From assembly GCA_041661745.1 (NCBI GenBank), contig JBAZTR010000004.1:12961-76960 (forward strand): a stretch of 64,000 bases of DNA. The letters are read 5' to 3'. A model generated the notes under the pieces. It did not search any database. It saw nothing but the letters and a program-made list of their open reading frames with translations, and was not told the origin of the DNA. This stretch comes from Patescibacteria group bacterium. GTDB taxonomy: Bacteria > Patescibacteriota > Patescibacteriia > UBA9934 > GWF2-40-263. The position numbers and the translations under genes are program-made. Shown piece after piece: positions 53,247 through 63,772 of this stretch; the stretch's first letter is position 1, and each line of letters opens with the position of its first letter.

Positions 53247-55481
53247 TCAAGACAAAGATTTGGTTCCCTCTTTTTTTACCATACCTTTGAGAGGCAGAAC
53301 CACGGTAAAAGTCGTGCCTTTGTTTTCTTCTGACTTAAATTCGATCGTGCCGCCCGACTGATCTAAAATCGCTTTAACAATATAAAGCCCAAGGCCAGTG
53401 CCTTCGGTATCGGTTTCCCGAACGTTGTCGGCTCGGAAGAGCTTGGAAAAAATCTTATCTTGTTGAGTCTTCGGAATACCAAGACCTGAATCGATCACTA
53501 AAATTTCCAGATTCTTGCCTTTAACTTTTATTTCTAACTTAATGCTTCCCTCTTCCTGTGTGTATTTAACGGCATTAGAAAGAAGATTTTGAAAAACTAT
53601 TCGAATCAGTTTTTCATCAAGCAGCATAATTGGCGTGGCCGGATCGTATTCTTTGACAAAAATTTGTCGCCTGGTATCAATCTGTGGCTTAAGTTCATCA
53701 ATAACACTATCGGCAATTTCGGTAATTCGGCAATCTTTTGGTTCGATCGTGAAAGTTCCTAATTCCAAACGTGACACATTTAGTAAAGCATTGACCAGAC
53801 CAACCATGCGTTTACTGCTTTTATAAACTACGTCCAAATATTGTTTTTGTTCAATATTCAAAGCTCCGGCGTAACCAGATGTAAGCATTTCCACGTACCA
53901 ATTAATAGCCGTAAGCGGCGTACGCAATTGATGCGAAGCTAGTGAAACAAATTCAGTTTTGGCACGATCGACTTCTTTTTCTTTAGTAATATCACGTTCG
54001 ATCCCGACAAAGAAAGCCACCTCACCGTTATGATTGAGGATCGGCGAAACACTGATCTTGGCGTCGTAAATTTCTCCGGTTTTCCGGCGGTTTTGAATAT
54101 CTCCGACAAAATTTTTTTTCTTGACTTTAATTGTATCCCAAAACTTTTTGTAATAATCTTCAGACATTGGCAGTCTCCAGAGAACAGCCGCTTTCTTACC
54201 CATGGATTCGGCCGCGGTATAACCGGTTATTTTCTCCATGGCTGCATTACTATACAATACGATTCCTTCGGCGTCAGTTATAACAATGTGATCAGAGACG
54301 TTATCGACAGCTAATTTAAATTTTTCTAACTCGGCGGCCAAATTTTCACTCCGCTTCTTTTCTTCCTCAACGTCTTCCAAAATGTTCAAAACCGCCTTCT
54401 GGATTTTGGTCGCTTCCTCGGCCCGTTGTTTAATCTGTTCGTTATTCCGGCGGGACTCATCAACGTCGCGAAGCAAACCCTGTATTTCAAAAACCTGACC
54501 CTCACGTGTCAAGGTAGACAAATAGACATCAACAAATTTAAATTCACCGGTCGCCCTAACTGCAGTAAATGGCAAAACGCGATTTTTGATTGTCCCGGTT
54601 CGTAATTCATTCAGGGTTTGACGAAAAATTTCCTGCTCGCCGGAAGAGAAAAAACCGGCTAAATTTTTGCCAACCAAGGTGGTTGGATTATAACCAGACA
54701 AGCCGTTCATGACTTGAGAAACATAGATTATCTTCCCCAAAGGATCAAGCCGAAAAACAACGTCGGGAATTGTTTCAATAATCGAACGTAGTTGCCCTTC
54801 ACTTTCCCTAATTTTTGTTTCAAATCTTTTACGACGATAAAAATAAAAAAGAAAAAGAAATTCTATAAAAACAATCAAAAGAAAGACGGCCGTTGCCCCA
54901 AGACGCCAGGCCGTCACGGTCCTCTTCCAATACTCATACGGAGCATCGGCTCCTAAAACTGCCACTGGTTGTCCGGTCTTTTTGTCGCTGAGCGAAACAA
55001 AAGAAGAAATAAAAGTTCCCCAGCGATCGGTGTATGGACCCGCTGAAACCGAACCGCTGGTTGAAAAAAGGCTCAACAGTTCGGTTGGGGCATCAGAATA
55101 TTCCACACTGGGCGGTGCGTATTCGGACGAACCGGTTTCGGCGGCGTCAATTTCAATGTAAATCTGTCCATTTTTTTCCAACATTAAATAAAGCGGGTGA
55201 AGATTATCCACAGCCACGGCTTGGCTAACAAAACGCAGCTGCTCCGATAATCGTTTATAATCAGCGGTATTTTGGTCAGAGCCACCGGGTGTAAGTGACG
55301 CAACACGATCGGGATTAACCGCCGCGGCCGCGGCCTCAATCGCCACAAGCCAGCGACTGCGCAAATCTTTATCAGCCTGAATTTCAACATATTTTACAAC
55401 AAAAAAACCACCTAAAACTGTTAGCAGTACTACAACCGACCAAATGACAACAACACGATTTATCTTGAAACGAAATTTCAT
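53247..55481 (-). CDS. Sensor histidine kinase with periplasmic/TM region and PAS domains
   Basis: HisKA H-box SHQLRTPLTAI and the HATPase_c N/G boxes (NLLSNAVKYT, GTGLGLYIVK). 744 aa. Confidence 0.85.
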   Translation of the reverse strand: MKFRFKINRVVVIWSVVVLLTVLGGFFVVKYVEIQADKDLRSRWLVAIEAAAAAVNPDRVASLTPGGSDQNTADYKRLSEQLRFVSQAVAVDNLHPLYLMLEKNGQIYIEIDAAETGSSEYAPPSVEYSDAPTELLSLFSTSGSVSAGPYTDRWGTFISSFVSLSDKKTGQPVAVLGADAPYEYWKRTVTAWRLGATAVFLLIVFIEFLFLFYFYRRKRFETKIRESEGQLRSIIETIPDVVFRLDPLGKIIYVSQVMNGLSGYNPTTLVGKNLAGFFSSGEQEIFRQTLNELRTGTIKNRVLPFTAVRATGEFKFVDVYLSTLTREGQVFEIQGLLRDVDESRRNNEQIKQRAEEATKIQKAVLNILEDVEEEKKRSENLAAELEKFKLAVDNVSDHIVITDAEGIVLYSNAAMEKITGYTAAESMGKKAAVLWRLPMSEDYYKKFWDTIKVKKKNFVGDIQNRRKTGEIYDAKISVSPILNHNGEVAFFVGIERDITKEKEVDRAKTEFVSLASHQLRTPLTAINWYVEMLTSGYAGALNIEQKQYLDVVYKSSKRMVGLVNALLNVSRLELGTFTIEPKDCRITEIADSVIDELKPQIDTRRQIFVKEYDPATPIMLLDEKLIRIVFQNLLSNAVKYTQEEGSIKLEIKVKGKNLEILVIDSGLGIPKTQQDKIFSKLFRADNVRETDTEGTGLGLYIVKAILDQSGGTIEFKSEENKGTTFTVVLPLKGMVKKEGTKSLS

Positions 55482-55491
55482 AAAAACGCCA

Positions 55492-57009
55492 CTATCCCTT
55501 GTTACCTTTTAATCTTTCGATTTCTTCTTTGAGTTCAACCATCTTAAGTTCTCGACCAACCATATTTTTGTTTAGGCGCTCCAGTTCCTCACCGCGTAAA
55601 CGCAATTCTTCGTCGTGTTTTTTTCGTTCGGAAATATCACGAGCAATACTCAAAATAGCCGGCCGACCCTGATAATTGATAATCGAGCTATTGATTTCCA
55701 CGGGGATTCTTTCGCCGTTCTTATTAAGATGAACACTTTCAAAAGTCGCTTTACCGATTTCTTGTAATTTGGCAATTCTTTGCGGAACTTGAGCAGCAAA
55801 TTCCGGAGCATCAACCTTTGCCAGAGTAAAGTTTAAAAATTCCGCCTTGGAATAACCCAAACGTTGACAAGCGGCTTTGTTAACCATTAAAAATTGCCCC
55901 TCTAAATTATGAATAAAAACCGCATCGGTTAAATCCTCAAAAAGCAAACGAAACTTAATTTCACTGTCACGCAAATTTTTAGTCATCGCTTCGGCTAAAC
56001 GAATTGCCTTGATTTGGGCGCCAAACGAAATTCTAAAAACAATAAAAAGCAGAAGACCTAGCAGAACTATTCCTAGAGCGGCCACCCATGGTGTCCAAAT
56101 CTCCTGGACGGTCAAGTTATAATCAGACGACGCGTAAAAACGAAGTTTCCATTGTCGTCCGGCCACCGCGAGCGGGATATCTTTTTCTAAAACACTACCT
56201 TGATTGACGAGCTGATCGTTTCCAGGAGAAAAGTTATAAAGCAGGGTCTCACCATTAGTTTCATCATAAATGTGCACGTCTAAAAAATCGGCCGAAGCAG
56301 ACATTCCGCTAAACAACTGGGGAAAAAAAATATCGGCTTTCAACCCAACTAAAAGAAAACCCTGAAGCTCCCCGGTGTTGGCTGTTGTTTGATTATAAAA
56401 AATTGGTAAGGCAATCATGAGAAGGTCGCCGTCGTTAATAAGGGAGGGGATCACTGGACTTAACATCGCCTGTTTTTTTTCTGCAACCTGCCGCAGTGTT
56501 GGCCAGCGTGTTTCATCGGTTAAATAATCAAAACCTAAAACCGAAGTGAATTTTGCCTCGGGCGAGGCAAATTTTAAAGCAAAATATTCGGGACGTTCGC
56601 CGGCCGGAGTTATATTAAAATCAGGATAACCGTTAGGATTATATGAAGTATCTTGGCGTACACTCTCGATAAAGGGTTCTTTATTTTCGGCTGTCACTTT
56701 TTCGACATAACCAATGGAATAAACACCAGGGTAGGTTTCTGATAAGTTTAAAGCATCAATAAAAGAGTTAAATTCGTCCCGCTCTACCACATCGCTGGCC
56801 ACAAATAAACCGCGCAGCGAGCCGAGCAAATAAACATCACGTTGGGTTTTTAAATGCAGTGTGTCCGACACTTCATCAGCCTGTTGGCCAAAGTCATTAG
56901 CGGCTTTATTGATTTGGACGTCGGACAAAATTTTCCAAAGCAAGCCGGCCAAAACCAATGAAACCACCAAGATAAACCAAGGAAAAAAACGAGAAAAAGT
57001 TCTTTTCAT
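55492..57009 (-). CDS. CHASE-domain/PAS sensor protein without kinase domain
   Basis: N-terminal TM, a CHASE-like extracellular region, a second TM, a PAS domain and a C-terminal coiled coil. 505 aa. Confidence 0.55.
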   Translation of the reverse strand: MKRTFSRFFPWFILVVSLVLAGLLWKILSDVQINKAANDFGQQADEVSDTLHLKTQRDVYLLGSLRGLFVASDVVERDEFNSFIDALNLSETYPGVYSIGYVEKVTAENKEPFIESVRQDTSYNPNGYPDFNITPAGERPEYFALKFASPEAKFTSVLGFDYLTDETRWPTLRQVAEKKQAMLSPVIPSLINDGDLLMIALPIFYNQTTANTGELQGFLLVGLKADIFFPQLFSGMSASADFLDVHIYDETNGETLLYNFSPGNDQLVNQGSVLEKDIPLAVAGRQWKLRFYASSDYNLTVQEIWTPWVAALGIVLLGLLLFIVFRISFGAQIKAIRLAEAMTKNLRDSEIKFRLLFEDLTDAVFIHNLEGQFLMVNKAACQRLGYSKAEFLNFTLAKVDAPEFAAQVPQRIAKLQEIGKATFESVHLNKNGERIPVEINSSIINYQGRPAILSIARDISERKKHDEELRLRGEELERLNKNMVGRELKMVELKEEIERLKGNKG

Positions 57010-57072
57010 ATTTTTTTTAAAAAATCAACAACATTCTACCAAGCTGCCCCACCTTCCCCCCCTAGACATATT

Positions 57073-57441
57073 TTATTTGACGATATTTTTAACTTTTACC
57101 ACAACCTCATCCAGAGGTGTCTCGGATTTTATAAGACAATCCACTGCTCCTAAACTTTTCGCCAAGGCCATGTCTGTTTCTTGGCTCAAGTTTGTTAAAA
57201 CAATAATAGGTGTTGTAATCTTTTTCTCCTTAGCCGCTTTTAGGACATCAAAACCGTCATCTTTTGGCATAACTAAGTCCAGCATAATCGCATTAAAATC
57301 GCCATCCAAGGCGGCAATTGCGGCCGCGCCGTCGTTTACAACAGTCACGACAAAACCTTCTTTCTCTAATTTTAATTGTAAAACTTTGGCTAAAGGTTTT
57401 TCATCTTCGGCCACGAGAATCTTTTTTTGTTTGTTGGCCAT
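57073..57441 (-). CDS. Single-domain response regulator (CheY-like receiver)
   Basis: KILVAEDE…MLDLVMP receiver motifs with a phospho-acceptor Asp. 122 aa. Confidence 0.85.
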   Translation of the reverse strand: MANKQKKILVAEDEKPLAKVLQLKLEKEGFVVTVVNDGAAAIAALDGDFNAIMLDLVMPKDDGFDVLKAAKEKKITTPIIVLTNLSQETDMALAKSLGAVDCLIKSETPLDEVVVKVKNIVK

Positions 57442-57477
57442 AAGTAAAAAATTAGACTAAACTAAGTATATCACACC

Positions 57478-58263
57478 TTGTCTAACTTTTATGTGTATAT
57501 GGTTACAAGCCTATTTCTTATAATTATTGGCTGTTGTCTCGGCAGTTTTATCTCGGCTTTGGCGCAAAGAACTGCTTCTGGAACCTCAAATTGGTCTGGC
57601 CGATCACGCTGCGAAAATTGTCATAAATCTCTCTCTTTTACCGATTTGATTCCCATAATCAGTTTCTTGTTTCGTAATGGACGTTGCCGTTTTTGTGGCA
57701 GTGCCATTGGTTGGCACGAACCGGCTACCGAACTTATAACAGGTTTTGTATTTGCCCTTGTTGGCCTGGCCCACAATAACAATGTTGATATTCTTCTTAT
57801 CCGCGACCTAATTTTCTCCGTTTTTTTAATTTTGTTATTTTTGACCGATGTTTACGCCGGTTTACTGCCTCATCGTTTCACGATCACGGCCGTAATTATA
57901 GCTCTGGCTTTTAATTTTGGCATGAGTGAAGAAACCAAAAATATTCTATCGTTTCAGCCATTAATCGGGCCTGCCGTTTGCGGCGGTTTCTTTTACCTAC
58001 AATATTTGATATCGCGCGGGGCCTGGGTTGGCGGTGGTGATATTGGCATGGGGGCTTTTTTGGGAGCAATACTTGGGTGGCAATTTGGTATCTTTGCCAT
58101 TGGCTTGGCTTATATTATTGGAGCAACCTACGCCGCAGTTCTTCTTATAAAAAAAGAAGTCGGCTTGAGCAGTCGCCTCCCTTTTGGTCCGTTTTTAGCC
58201 GTGGCCGGTTGGTTGGTTCTGATTTACGGCAATACTTTTCTTGATTTATTATTCTTTCACTAA
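57478..58263 (+). CDS. pilD: Prepilin peptidase (A24 family)
   Basis: N-terminal Cys-x-x-Cys…Cys-x-x-Cys zinc motif (CENCHKSL…CRFCGSAI) plus multi-TM aspartyl peptidase core. 261 aa. Confidence 0.8.
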   Translation: MSNFYVYMVTSLFLIIIGCCLGSFISALAQRTASGTSNWSGRSRCENCHKSLSFTDLIPIISFLFRNGRCRFCGSAIGWHEPATELITGFVFALVGLAHNNNVDILLIRDLIFSVFLILLFLTDVYAGLLPHRFTITAVIIALAFNFGMSEETKNILSFQPLIGPAVCGGFFYLQYLISRGAWVGGGDIGMGAFLGAILGWQFGIFAIGLAYIIGATYAAVLLIKKEVGLSSRLPFGPFLAVAGWLVLIYGNTFLDLLFFH

Positions 58264-58274
58264 TTAGATCAGGG

Positions 58275-58679
58275 TTATAAACTGGGTTCGATAATTTTTA
58301 TAATCGTTACCACCCCTTCACTAACTTCAACCGTGGCCGTCAAATGCCGTGTAACATCATTAACCTCAGCCGTAAAAATAGCTTGTTTTTGTTCAGCCTC
58401 GGGATCGAGTACAGTCAAATCACACGAAACATCTAGCAAGTTTATACTGGCTGGAGCGTAAGTGGAATTATTTGGCAGATGCACTAAGTATTCATCAAGG
58501 CAGGCGAACAATTGACCTCTGGCTGTGCTGGAATCGGCCGAGGAACCGATATTGCTCAAGGAAACAACCACTCCGGCCGCCAATGTTAAAAAAACAGCAA
58601 TTCCGATAAAGCCAATCAAAAGAACTGGCAAAAGAATGGACATGCCTTGCTCGGAAAAATTTAAATAACCTTTGTTCAT
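58275..58679 (-). CDS. Minor pilin / pilus-assembly protein (PilX-like), single N-terminal TM
   Basis: N-terminal hydrophobic helix. Sits in an operon with pseudopilins. Confidence 0.4.
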   Translation of the reverse strand: MNKGYLNFSEQGMSILLPVLLIGFIGIAVFLTLAAGVVVSLSNIGSSADSSTARGQLFACLDEYLVHLPNNSTYAPASINLLDVSCDLTVLDPEAEQKQAIFTAEVNDVTRHLTATVEVSEGVVTIIKIIEPSL

Positions 58680-59251
58680 AATTCGGAAACTGAACTGGGA
58701 ATAGCAATGGTCATGATCAAACTGGATTCGGCGTCCTTATATGGGGCGTCTTCTTTATTTAAGACGGAAAAGGTAACGGTAATATTTATACCAGATAATC
58801 TGCTTGAACCATCGCGTGCCACCTGGGCTATCCAAGTCGTGACGTTGATGTCGGAATCGGTGAGGAATTGTGTTTCGACCCCGCGAGTCCAACGCAAACG
58901 CTTAACAGTTTGATCGCCGCCTGGCAAGGTAATGGTATCATCAATACAATCAATCGTAATGGTTTCCCCGTCGTCATCCACAAAAGAAAACGAACTGGGG
59001 TTGACTCCCCAAGTTGAACCGGAGACATTAAAAGATTGAGCTGAAGCCAACTCGCTCGACAATTCTGAATAGGTTAAAGCCAGGCCGGAATCAAGACGTT
59101 GGCGAACATTAAAAAAACTTGATTCGCGGGCCAGTCGCGTAAAAGCAAAAGCCATCACCGGCAAAAGAATTGCCAGCATGGCAATGGCCATCATGGTTTC
59201 GATAAGAGTTATGCCTCGCTGATCTTTCTTCAGGCACATAATAGAAAACAT
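58676..59251 (-). CDS. Type IV pilin-like / pseudopilin (prepilin N-terminus GITLIE)
   Basis: RGITLIETMMAIAMLAILL class-III signal peptide. 191 aa. Confidence 0.7.
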   Translation of the reverse strand: MFSIMCLKKDQRGITLIETMMAIAMLAILLPVMAFAFTRLARESSFFNVRQRLDSGLALTYSELSSELASAQSFNVSGSTWGVNPSSFSFVDDDGETITIDCIDDTITLPGGDQTVKRLRWTRGVETQFLTDSDINVTTWIAQVARDGSSRLSGINITVTFSVLNKEDAPYKDAESSLIMTIAIPSSVSEL

Positions 59252-59254
59252 AAA

Positions 59255-60709
59255 TTAAGGAACTGTGCCACAAATTTGTATGCCGGTAACAGCCTCTGCT
59301 GAGTTCGAAAGAGTGTAATAGGTTCCTTTTATTAGCTGAATGAGGGTTGAGAAACGTAAAGTAAAAGACACGGGGCTACTGGAAAAAAGATCAGTGGACA
59401 ACGCTTGAGACCAAGTAAAACTACCAGTATCTGGATGACTGGTGCCAAGCGAGGCCAGAGTCAAACCGGCGCCATCCTTAAGAATAAAGGCCTCAGCGCC
59501 GGTTGCCTTTCTGGTCCCAGAGGTAAAAGTTATTGTGTGCAGATCCAAGTCTGAAAAAGTCAGATAAATTATTGGATCCAAAATATCGGACGAAATTCCA
59601 CTAAAAGAAGCTCCGATGTTAAGATAACCGCTTGAAGTTGGCGATGAGGTTCTAACAGTAACGCTGTCTGGGGTCGTACCCATGGTTGGGTAATCACCAG
59701 AAGTACTGGTCTTAAACGGAATGTAAAAGTTTAAATCACTGCTTGTAAAACAAGTCAGGGTTCCAGTTCCCGATCCGCTATACGATGGAATAAACGGATC
59801 AGAAACGAAAATCGAACCATCAGTAAATTCAATCGTTAAAGTGAGGGTTGTTGCACTCATGGCCGAATCAAACTGGGTTTTGTTCATATCAAAAATTTCC
59901 CCAGGATTAATTGTGGCGTCAGTAATATCCAAACGGGTGCCGCTCGGTTGAAGGCCGCTTGGTGTACCTGGACCCGAGGAAGACCAAAGTTTGTTTGAAT
60001 CCATGAAAATTTGTTGGATATTGGCTGAATTATCCCAGGTAAAAGTCATGTGGCTTATGGTAAACGGGTCACTGCCGCCGTTTTCCAAATAAAGTTCACG
60101 CAATTGTTTACCGCCATACCACAAAGTTGTTTCAATGTGAAAAATCAAATTGTTGGCGGCTGCTGGCATAAAACAATCACCTTGCGGATCATTCCAACGT
60201 GTCATTAAACCGCTTAATGTTGTTGTATGCTCTCGCCCGGCCAGGTCAGACCATGTAACTTCGCTGGAAACCATTTTACTGTCAGGATCAACGGTGCCAC
60301 CAGAAGCAACAACATTGCAATCTCCGTCGCGCTGGACTTCGGAAATACTAACCGTACGAGTAAAATCACCGATGGTTTCAGAACCGTCAACTATGGTCCA
60401 GTTTGGACTGGAAAAAACCAAATGAGCCGGATCTTTAACAGTCAGGTCATCGAAAGCCAAGGTGCGCAGAGCCTGCAACCCGCTTTCAGCCACGGCTTGA
60501 GCTTGTTCAAACTGATGTACCCGGGCCGAGCCATTAATGTTTAGGGTAAAAAGCGTGCCTAAACCGCCTAAAAAAATAATCACCAAACCGGTCGCCAGTA
60601 AGGCCTCAAGCATGACAAAACCGTGATTTTTAGAAAAGTTGATCATAGGGGCTCCGAAACCACGATCCCTGAGGTTGAAATGGAAATAAGCATCGAATTT
60701 TCGTAACAA
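59255..60709 (-). CDS. Large type IV pseudopilin-like protein (484 aa)
   Basis: Prepilin-type N-terminus GFVMLEALLATGLVIIF, followed by a Ser/Thr-rich extracellular domain. Confidence 0.6.
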   Translation of the reverse strand: MLRKFDAYFHFNLRDRGFGAPMINFSKNHGFVMLEALLATGLVIIFLGGLGTLFTLNINGSARVHQFEQAQAVAESGLQALRTLAFDDLTVKDPAHLVFSSPNWTIVDGSETIGDFTRTVSISEVQRDGDCNVVASGGTVDPDSKMVSSEVTWSDLAGREHTTTLSGLMTRWNDPQGDCFMPAAANNLIFHIETTLWYGGKQLRELYLENGGSDPFTISHMTFTWDNSANIQQIFMDSNKLWSSSGPGTPSGLQPSGTRLDITDATINPGEIFDMNKTQFDSAMSATTLTLTIEFTDGSIFVSDPFIPSYSGSGTGTLTCFTSSDLNFYIPFKTSTSGDYPTMGTTPDSVTVRTSSPTSSGYLNIGASFSGISSDILDPIIYLTFSDLDLHTITFTSGTRKATGAEAFILKDGAGLTLASLGTSHPDTGSFTWSQALSTDLFSSSPVSFTLRFSTLIQLIKGTYYTLSNSAEAVTGIQICGTVP

Positions 60710-61134
60710 TCAACAGTAATCGAAGCGGGCGCAACCACCTCGCCGCTTAAGGCATAAAATAAAATCTCATGATCGTTTCCGGCTGAAACCGGATCGCTTT
60801 TAAAAGAAACGAATTCTATATCACGACTAATTGGATAGTTTATATCACGAGCAGCATCACGAGTATCATAACTGTTACCGGAAAAAATAATCACTTCATC
60901 AGTCCGTCGTGAAGTTTCATCATAAGGCACATAAACGCCCCAAGCTGTGCCCGACCGCCCCTCGCGAGCCATTCTGGCCGCGGTTTGAAAAACCATTTCC
61001 ATGGCCCGGACGCTTTGTTTTGACATCGCCTGTTGAAACGAGGAAACCACTTCCAATCCAAGAAAAAAAACAATGGCCAAAACCCCAATAACCACGATAA
61101 TCTCGACAAGAGTAAAGCCGGCGGCTTTTTTCAT
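60643..61134 (-). CDS. Type IV pilin-like protein (GFTLVE prepilin N-terminus)
   Basis: AGFTLVEIIVVIGVLAIV class-III signal. 163 aa. Confidence 0.75.
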   Translation of the reverse strand: MKKAAGFTLVEIIVVIGVLAIVFFLGLEVVSSFQQAMSKQSVRAMEMVFQTAARMAREGRSGTAWGVYVPYDETSRRTDEVIIFSGNSYDTRDAARDINYPISRDIEFVSFKSDPVSAGNDHEILFYALSGEVVAPASITVDCYENSMLISISTSGIVVSEPL

Positions 61135-61138
61135 AAAA

Positions 61139-62212
61139 TCAAATATTGCCGACCACTGTGTAAATTGGCATTAAAATCGAGACGGCTAAATAACCAATAG
61201 CAAAACCAATAAAAACAACCATGATTGGTTCGAGAAGCGAAGTTAAATTTTTGGTCGATTCATTTATTTCAGCCTCGTAAAACTCCGCCAAATACATAAG
61301 CATTTCGGCCAAAGTTCCGGTTTCCTCACCCACCAAAATCAGACGCATGGCAATGGGTGGAATTAATCTGGGATATTTTTCCAAGACCGAGGTTATAGTA
61401 TTGCCGTGCGACACGCCTTCCTTAACCGCGTTAAGCATGTCGTAATATCTAATATTCCGCATTACCTGCATGGTAATTTCGATTGATTCGTTAATTGGCA
61501 GACCGCTTTTAAAAAGTGTTCCCATTAAACGGAAACTGCGAGCCAAATTTATTTCACGGGCGAGTTTACCGGTAATCGGGACAAACAGAAAAAAACTGTG
61601 AAAAAGCGGTTTAATAAATTTAATACGATAGGTGACGTTGATAGCGATAAGCAGAGCGACACCACCAACCAAAAGCCACATCCACTGAAATCTAATCACG
61701 TCGGAAATCCAAAAAATAATTTTAGTGGTGAAAGGCAATTCAATATCCAACGATTTAAACAAACCGGTAATTTGCGGCAAAATGAAAACCACTATTATTG
61801 TGCCAATTACCAACCCCACCATCATGATCACCGATGGATACATCATGGCCCCACGAATTTTTTGTTTAAGTTCGTGGTCTTTTTCCATTTGTATTACCAA
61901 CTGATCAAGGTCATCTTGCAGGGTACCCGAGGCTTCACCGGCGCGGATCATGTTAATGTATACCGGCGAAAAAGTGTGGGGATATTGGGCCAGACCATCG
62001 GCCAAGGTTTTACCAGTTCTAACTAAACTGGTTAAACTGGTTAAAATTTGGGGCAAAGCGCCTTTTTTATTTTTTGACTGACGATTTAAAATATCCAACG
62101 ATTCGTCGAGCGGCAACCCGGAACGCAACAGAACCGCCAAATACTTGGTAAACAAAAGAAGCTCCACGTGCTTCAGGCGCGGCTGCTGTTTGAAGAGTTT
62201 CTTAAAATCCAT
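61139..62212 (-). CDS. pilC: Type IV pilus assembly platform protein PilC / GspF family
   Basis: Two GspF repeats and three TM segments. 357 aa. Confidence 0.8.
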   Translation of the reverse strand: MDFKKLFKQQPRLKHVELLLFTKYLAVLLRSGLPLDESLDILNRQSKNKKGALPQILTSLTSLVRTGKTLADGLAQYPHTFSPVYINMIRAGEASGTLQDDLDQLVIQMEKDHELKQKIRGAMMYPSVIMMVGLVIGTIIVVFILPQITGLFKSLDIELPFTTKIIFWISDVIRFQWMWLLVGGVALLIAINVTYRIKFIKPLFHSFFLFVPITGKLAREINLARSFRLMGTLFKSGLPINESIEITMQVMRNIRYYDMLNAVKEGVSHGNTITSVLEKYPRLIPPIAMRLILVGEETGTLAEMLMYLAEFYEAEINESTKNLTSLLEPIMVVFIGFAIGYLAVSILMPIYTVVGNI

Positions 62213-62214
62213 AA

Positions 62215-63624
62215 TTATTCTTGCATGACGCGGACCAGTTCCTCAACCGTTGTTTGAAAAGTTAAAATCTTTCTAACTCCGTCTTCGGCAATGGTTGTCA
62301 TGCCATCTTTTTTTGCTTGTTCTTGAATTTCGGTACTGGAAGCGTGTTTAACGACCATAGATTGAATGGTTGGGGAGTTTTCCAGAACTTCATAAATACC
62401 AATACGGCCATGATAGCCGGTTTGGGCGCACTGTTCGCACCCCTTAACCGCCGCCACTTGAATTTTATCTTTATTACCAAAAAGCTTGCTGATAATGTCC
62501 GGGCCCAAAATTTGTAAGCCTTCTTTTTTAGTAAAATCTTTTTTACCAACGCAATTTGAACAAACCCGACGCACCAAACGTTGCGCCACAATACAAAGCA
62601 AAGTTGAGGCCACCAAAAACGGTTCAACCCCCATATCAATTAAACGCGGCATGGTGGTGGCGGCATCGTTGGTGTGAAGAGTCGAAAGCAGTTTGTGGCC
62701 GGTCATGGCCGCGTTAACGGCAATTTTGGCTGTTTCATGGTCACGAATTTCGCCAACCATGACGATGTCAGGATCTTGGCGAAGTAAAGAACGCAAACCA
62801 GTGGCAAAAGTTAATTTTGCCACGTGGTCAACCTGACTTTGGTTAACCCCGACAATTTCAAATTCAACCGGATCTTCAATTGTAACAATATTAACTTCGC
62901 GTTTGTTTAAAATTTCAAGAACAGCGTAAACCGTCGTGGTTTTACCGGAACCGGTTGGACCGGTGGCTAAAATCATGCCCCACGGTTTACTTACAGCTCG
63001 TTGTACCCGTGCCAAATCCTCTGGAGAAAAACCCAACTGCTCCAAAGTTAATTTATGCGACTGACTGGAAAGCAAACGCAACACGGCTTTTTCACCAAAC
63101 GAGGTGGGAATAACCGAAGCCCGCACATCAACGTCGCCAAGCGGACTAATAAATTTAAATCGACCATCCTGCGGGGCGCGATGCTCGTCGGTACGCATCT
63201 TGGTCAAAATTTTAAGGCGAGCAATCAACTGTAAATAAATAGCCGAGTCGAGTTGAAATTCGTCGCGCAAAATACCATCAATACGAATACGAGCCAGGCC
63301 GTTCTCTTTCCACGGTTCCAAGTGCAAATCAGAAGAGCGGCACAAGTGTGCGTAAATCATTAACTGATCAAAAAGTTTAACTACGGCGTCCTTACTCTCC
63401 CCGGCATTGGCTTGACGCAAACAGTCTTCAACGGCTTTTTTATCGGCCTTTACCGTTGGTTTTGGTTTAACCGAAGTAATAACCGCCTTGGCTTTTGCGA
63501 TTAAGCCCGGTTTGTTTTTGACTGGAGCCGGTACAGACGCCTGAATCGGTTTAGTCGGCACGGTGGCAACTGTTTTTATTTTGGTTTTTGCAACCGGCGT
63601 TTGTTTCCCCCTTAAGATTGGCAT
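62215..63624 (-). CDS. pilB: Type IV pilus assembly ATPase PilB / GspE family
   Basis: Walker A GPTGSGKTTT, Asp box, Walker B and His box. Tetracysteine motif CSNC…CEQC. The N-terminal about 90 aa are low-complexity. Confidence 0.9.
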   Translation of the reverse strand: MPILRGKQTPVAKTKIKTVATVPTKPIQASVPAPVKNKPGLIAKAKAVITSVKPKPTVKADKKAVEDCLRQANAGESKDAVVKLFDQLMIYAHLCRSSDLHLEPWKENGLARIRIDGILRDEFQLDSAIYLQLIARLKILTKMRTDEHRAPQDGRFKFISPLGDVDVRASVIPTSFGEKAVLRLLSSQSHKLTLEQLGFSPEDLARVQRAVSKPWGMILATGPTGSGKTTTVYAVLEILNKREVNIVTIEDPVEFEIVGVNQSQVDHVAKLTFATGLRSLLRQDPDIVMVGEIRDHETAKIAVNAAMTGHKLLSTLHTNDAATTMPRLIDMGVEPFLVASTLLCIVAQRLVRRVCSNCVGKKDFTKKEGLQILGPDIISKLFGNKDKIQVAAVKGCEQCAQTGYHGRIGIYEVLENSPTIQSMVVKHASSTEIQEQAKKDGMTTIAEDGVRKILTFQTTVEELVRVMQE

Positions 63625-63772
63625 AGTTAAAATTATTATAGCAGAAAAATGACAAATTTAAAATCAAAAATAAGTTATCCACACAAAAAAACAAATAAAA
63701 TAGATAAAGAAGTCAAAATGTACTAAAATATAAACAACCTTCCTAAATCAATAATTAAGAACTCACACACAT

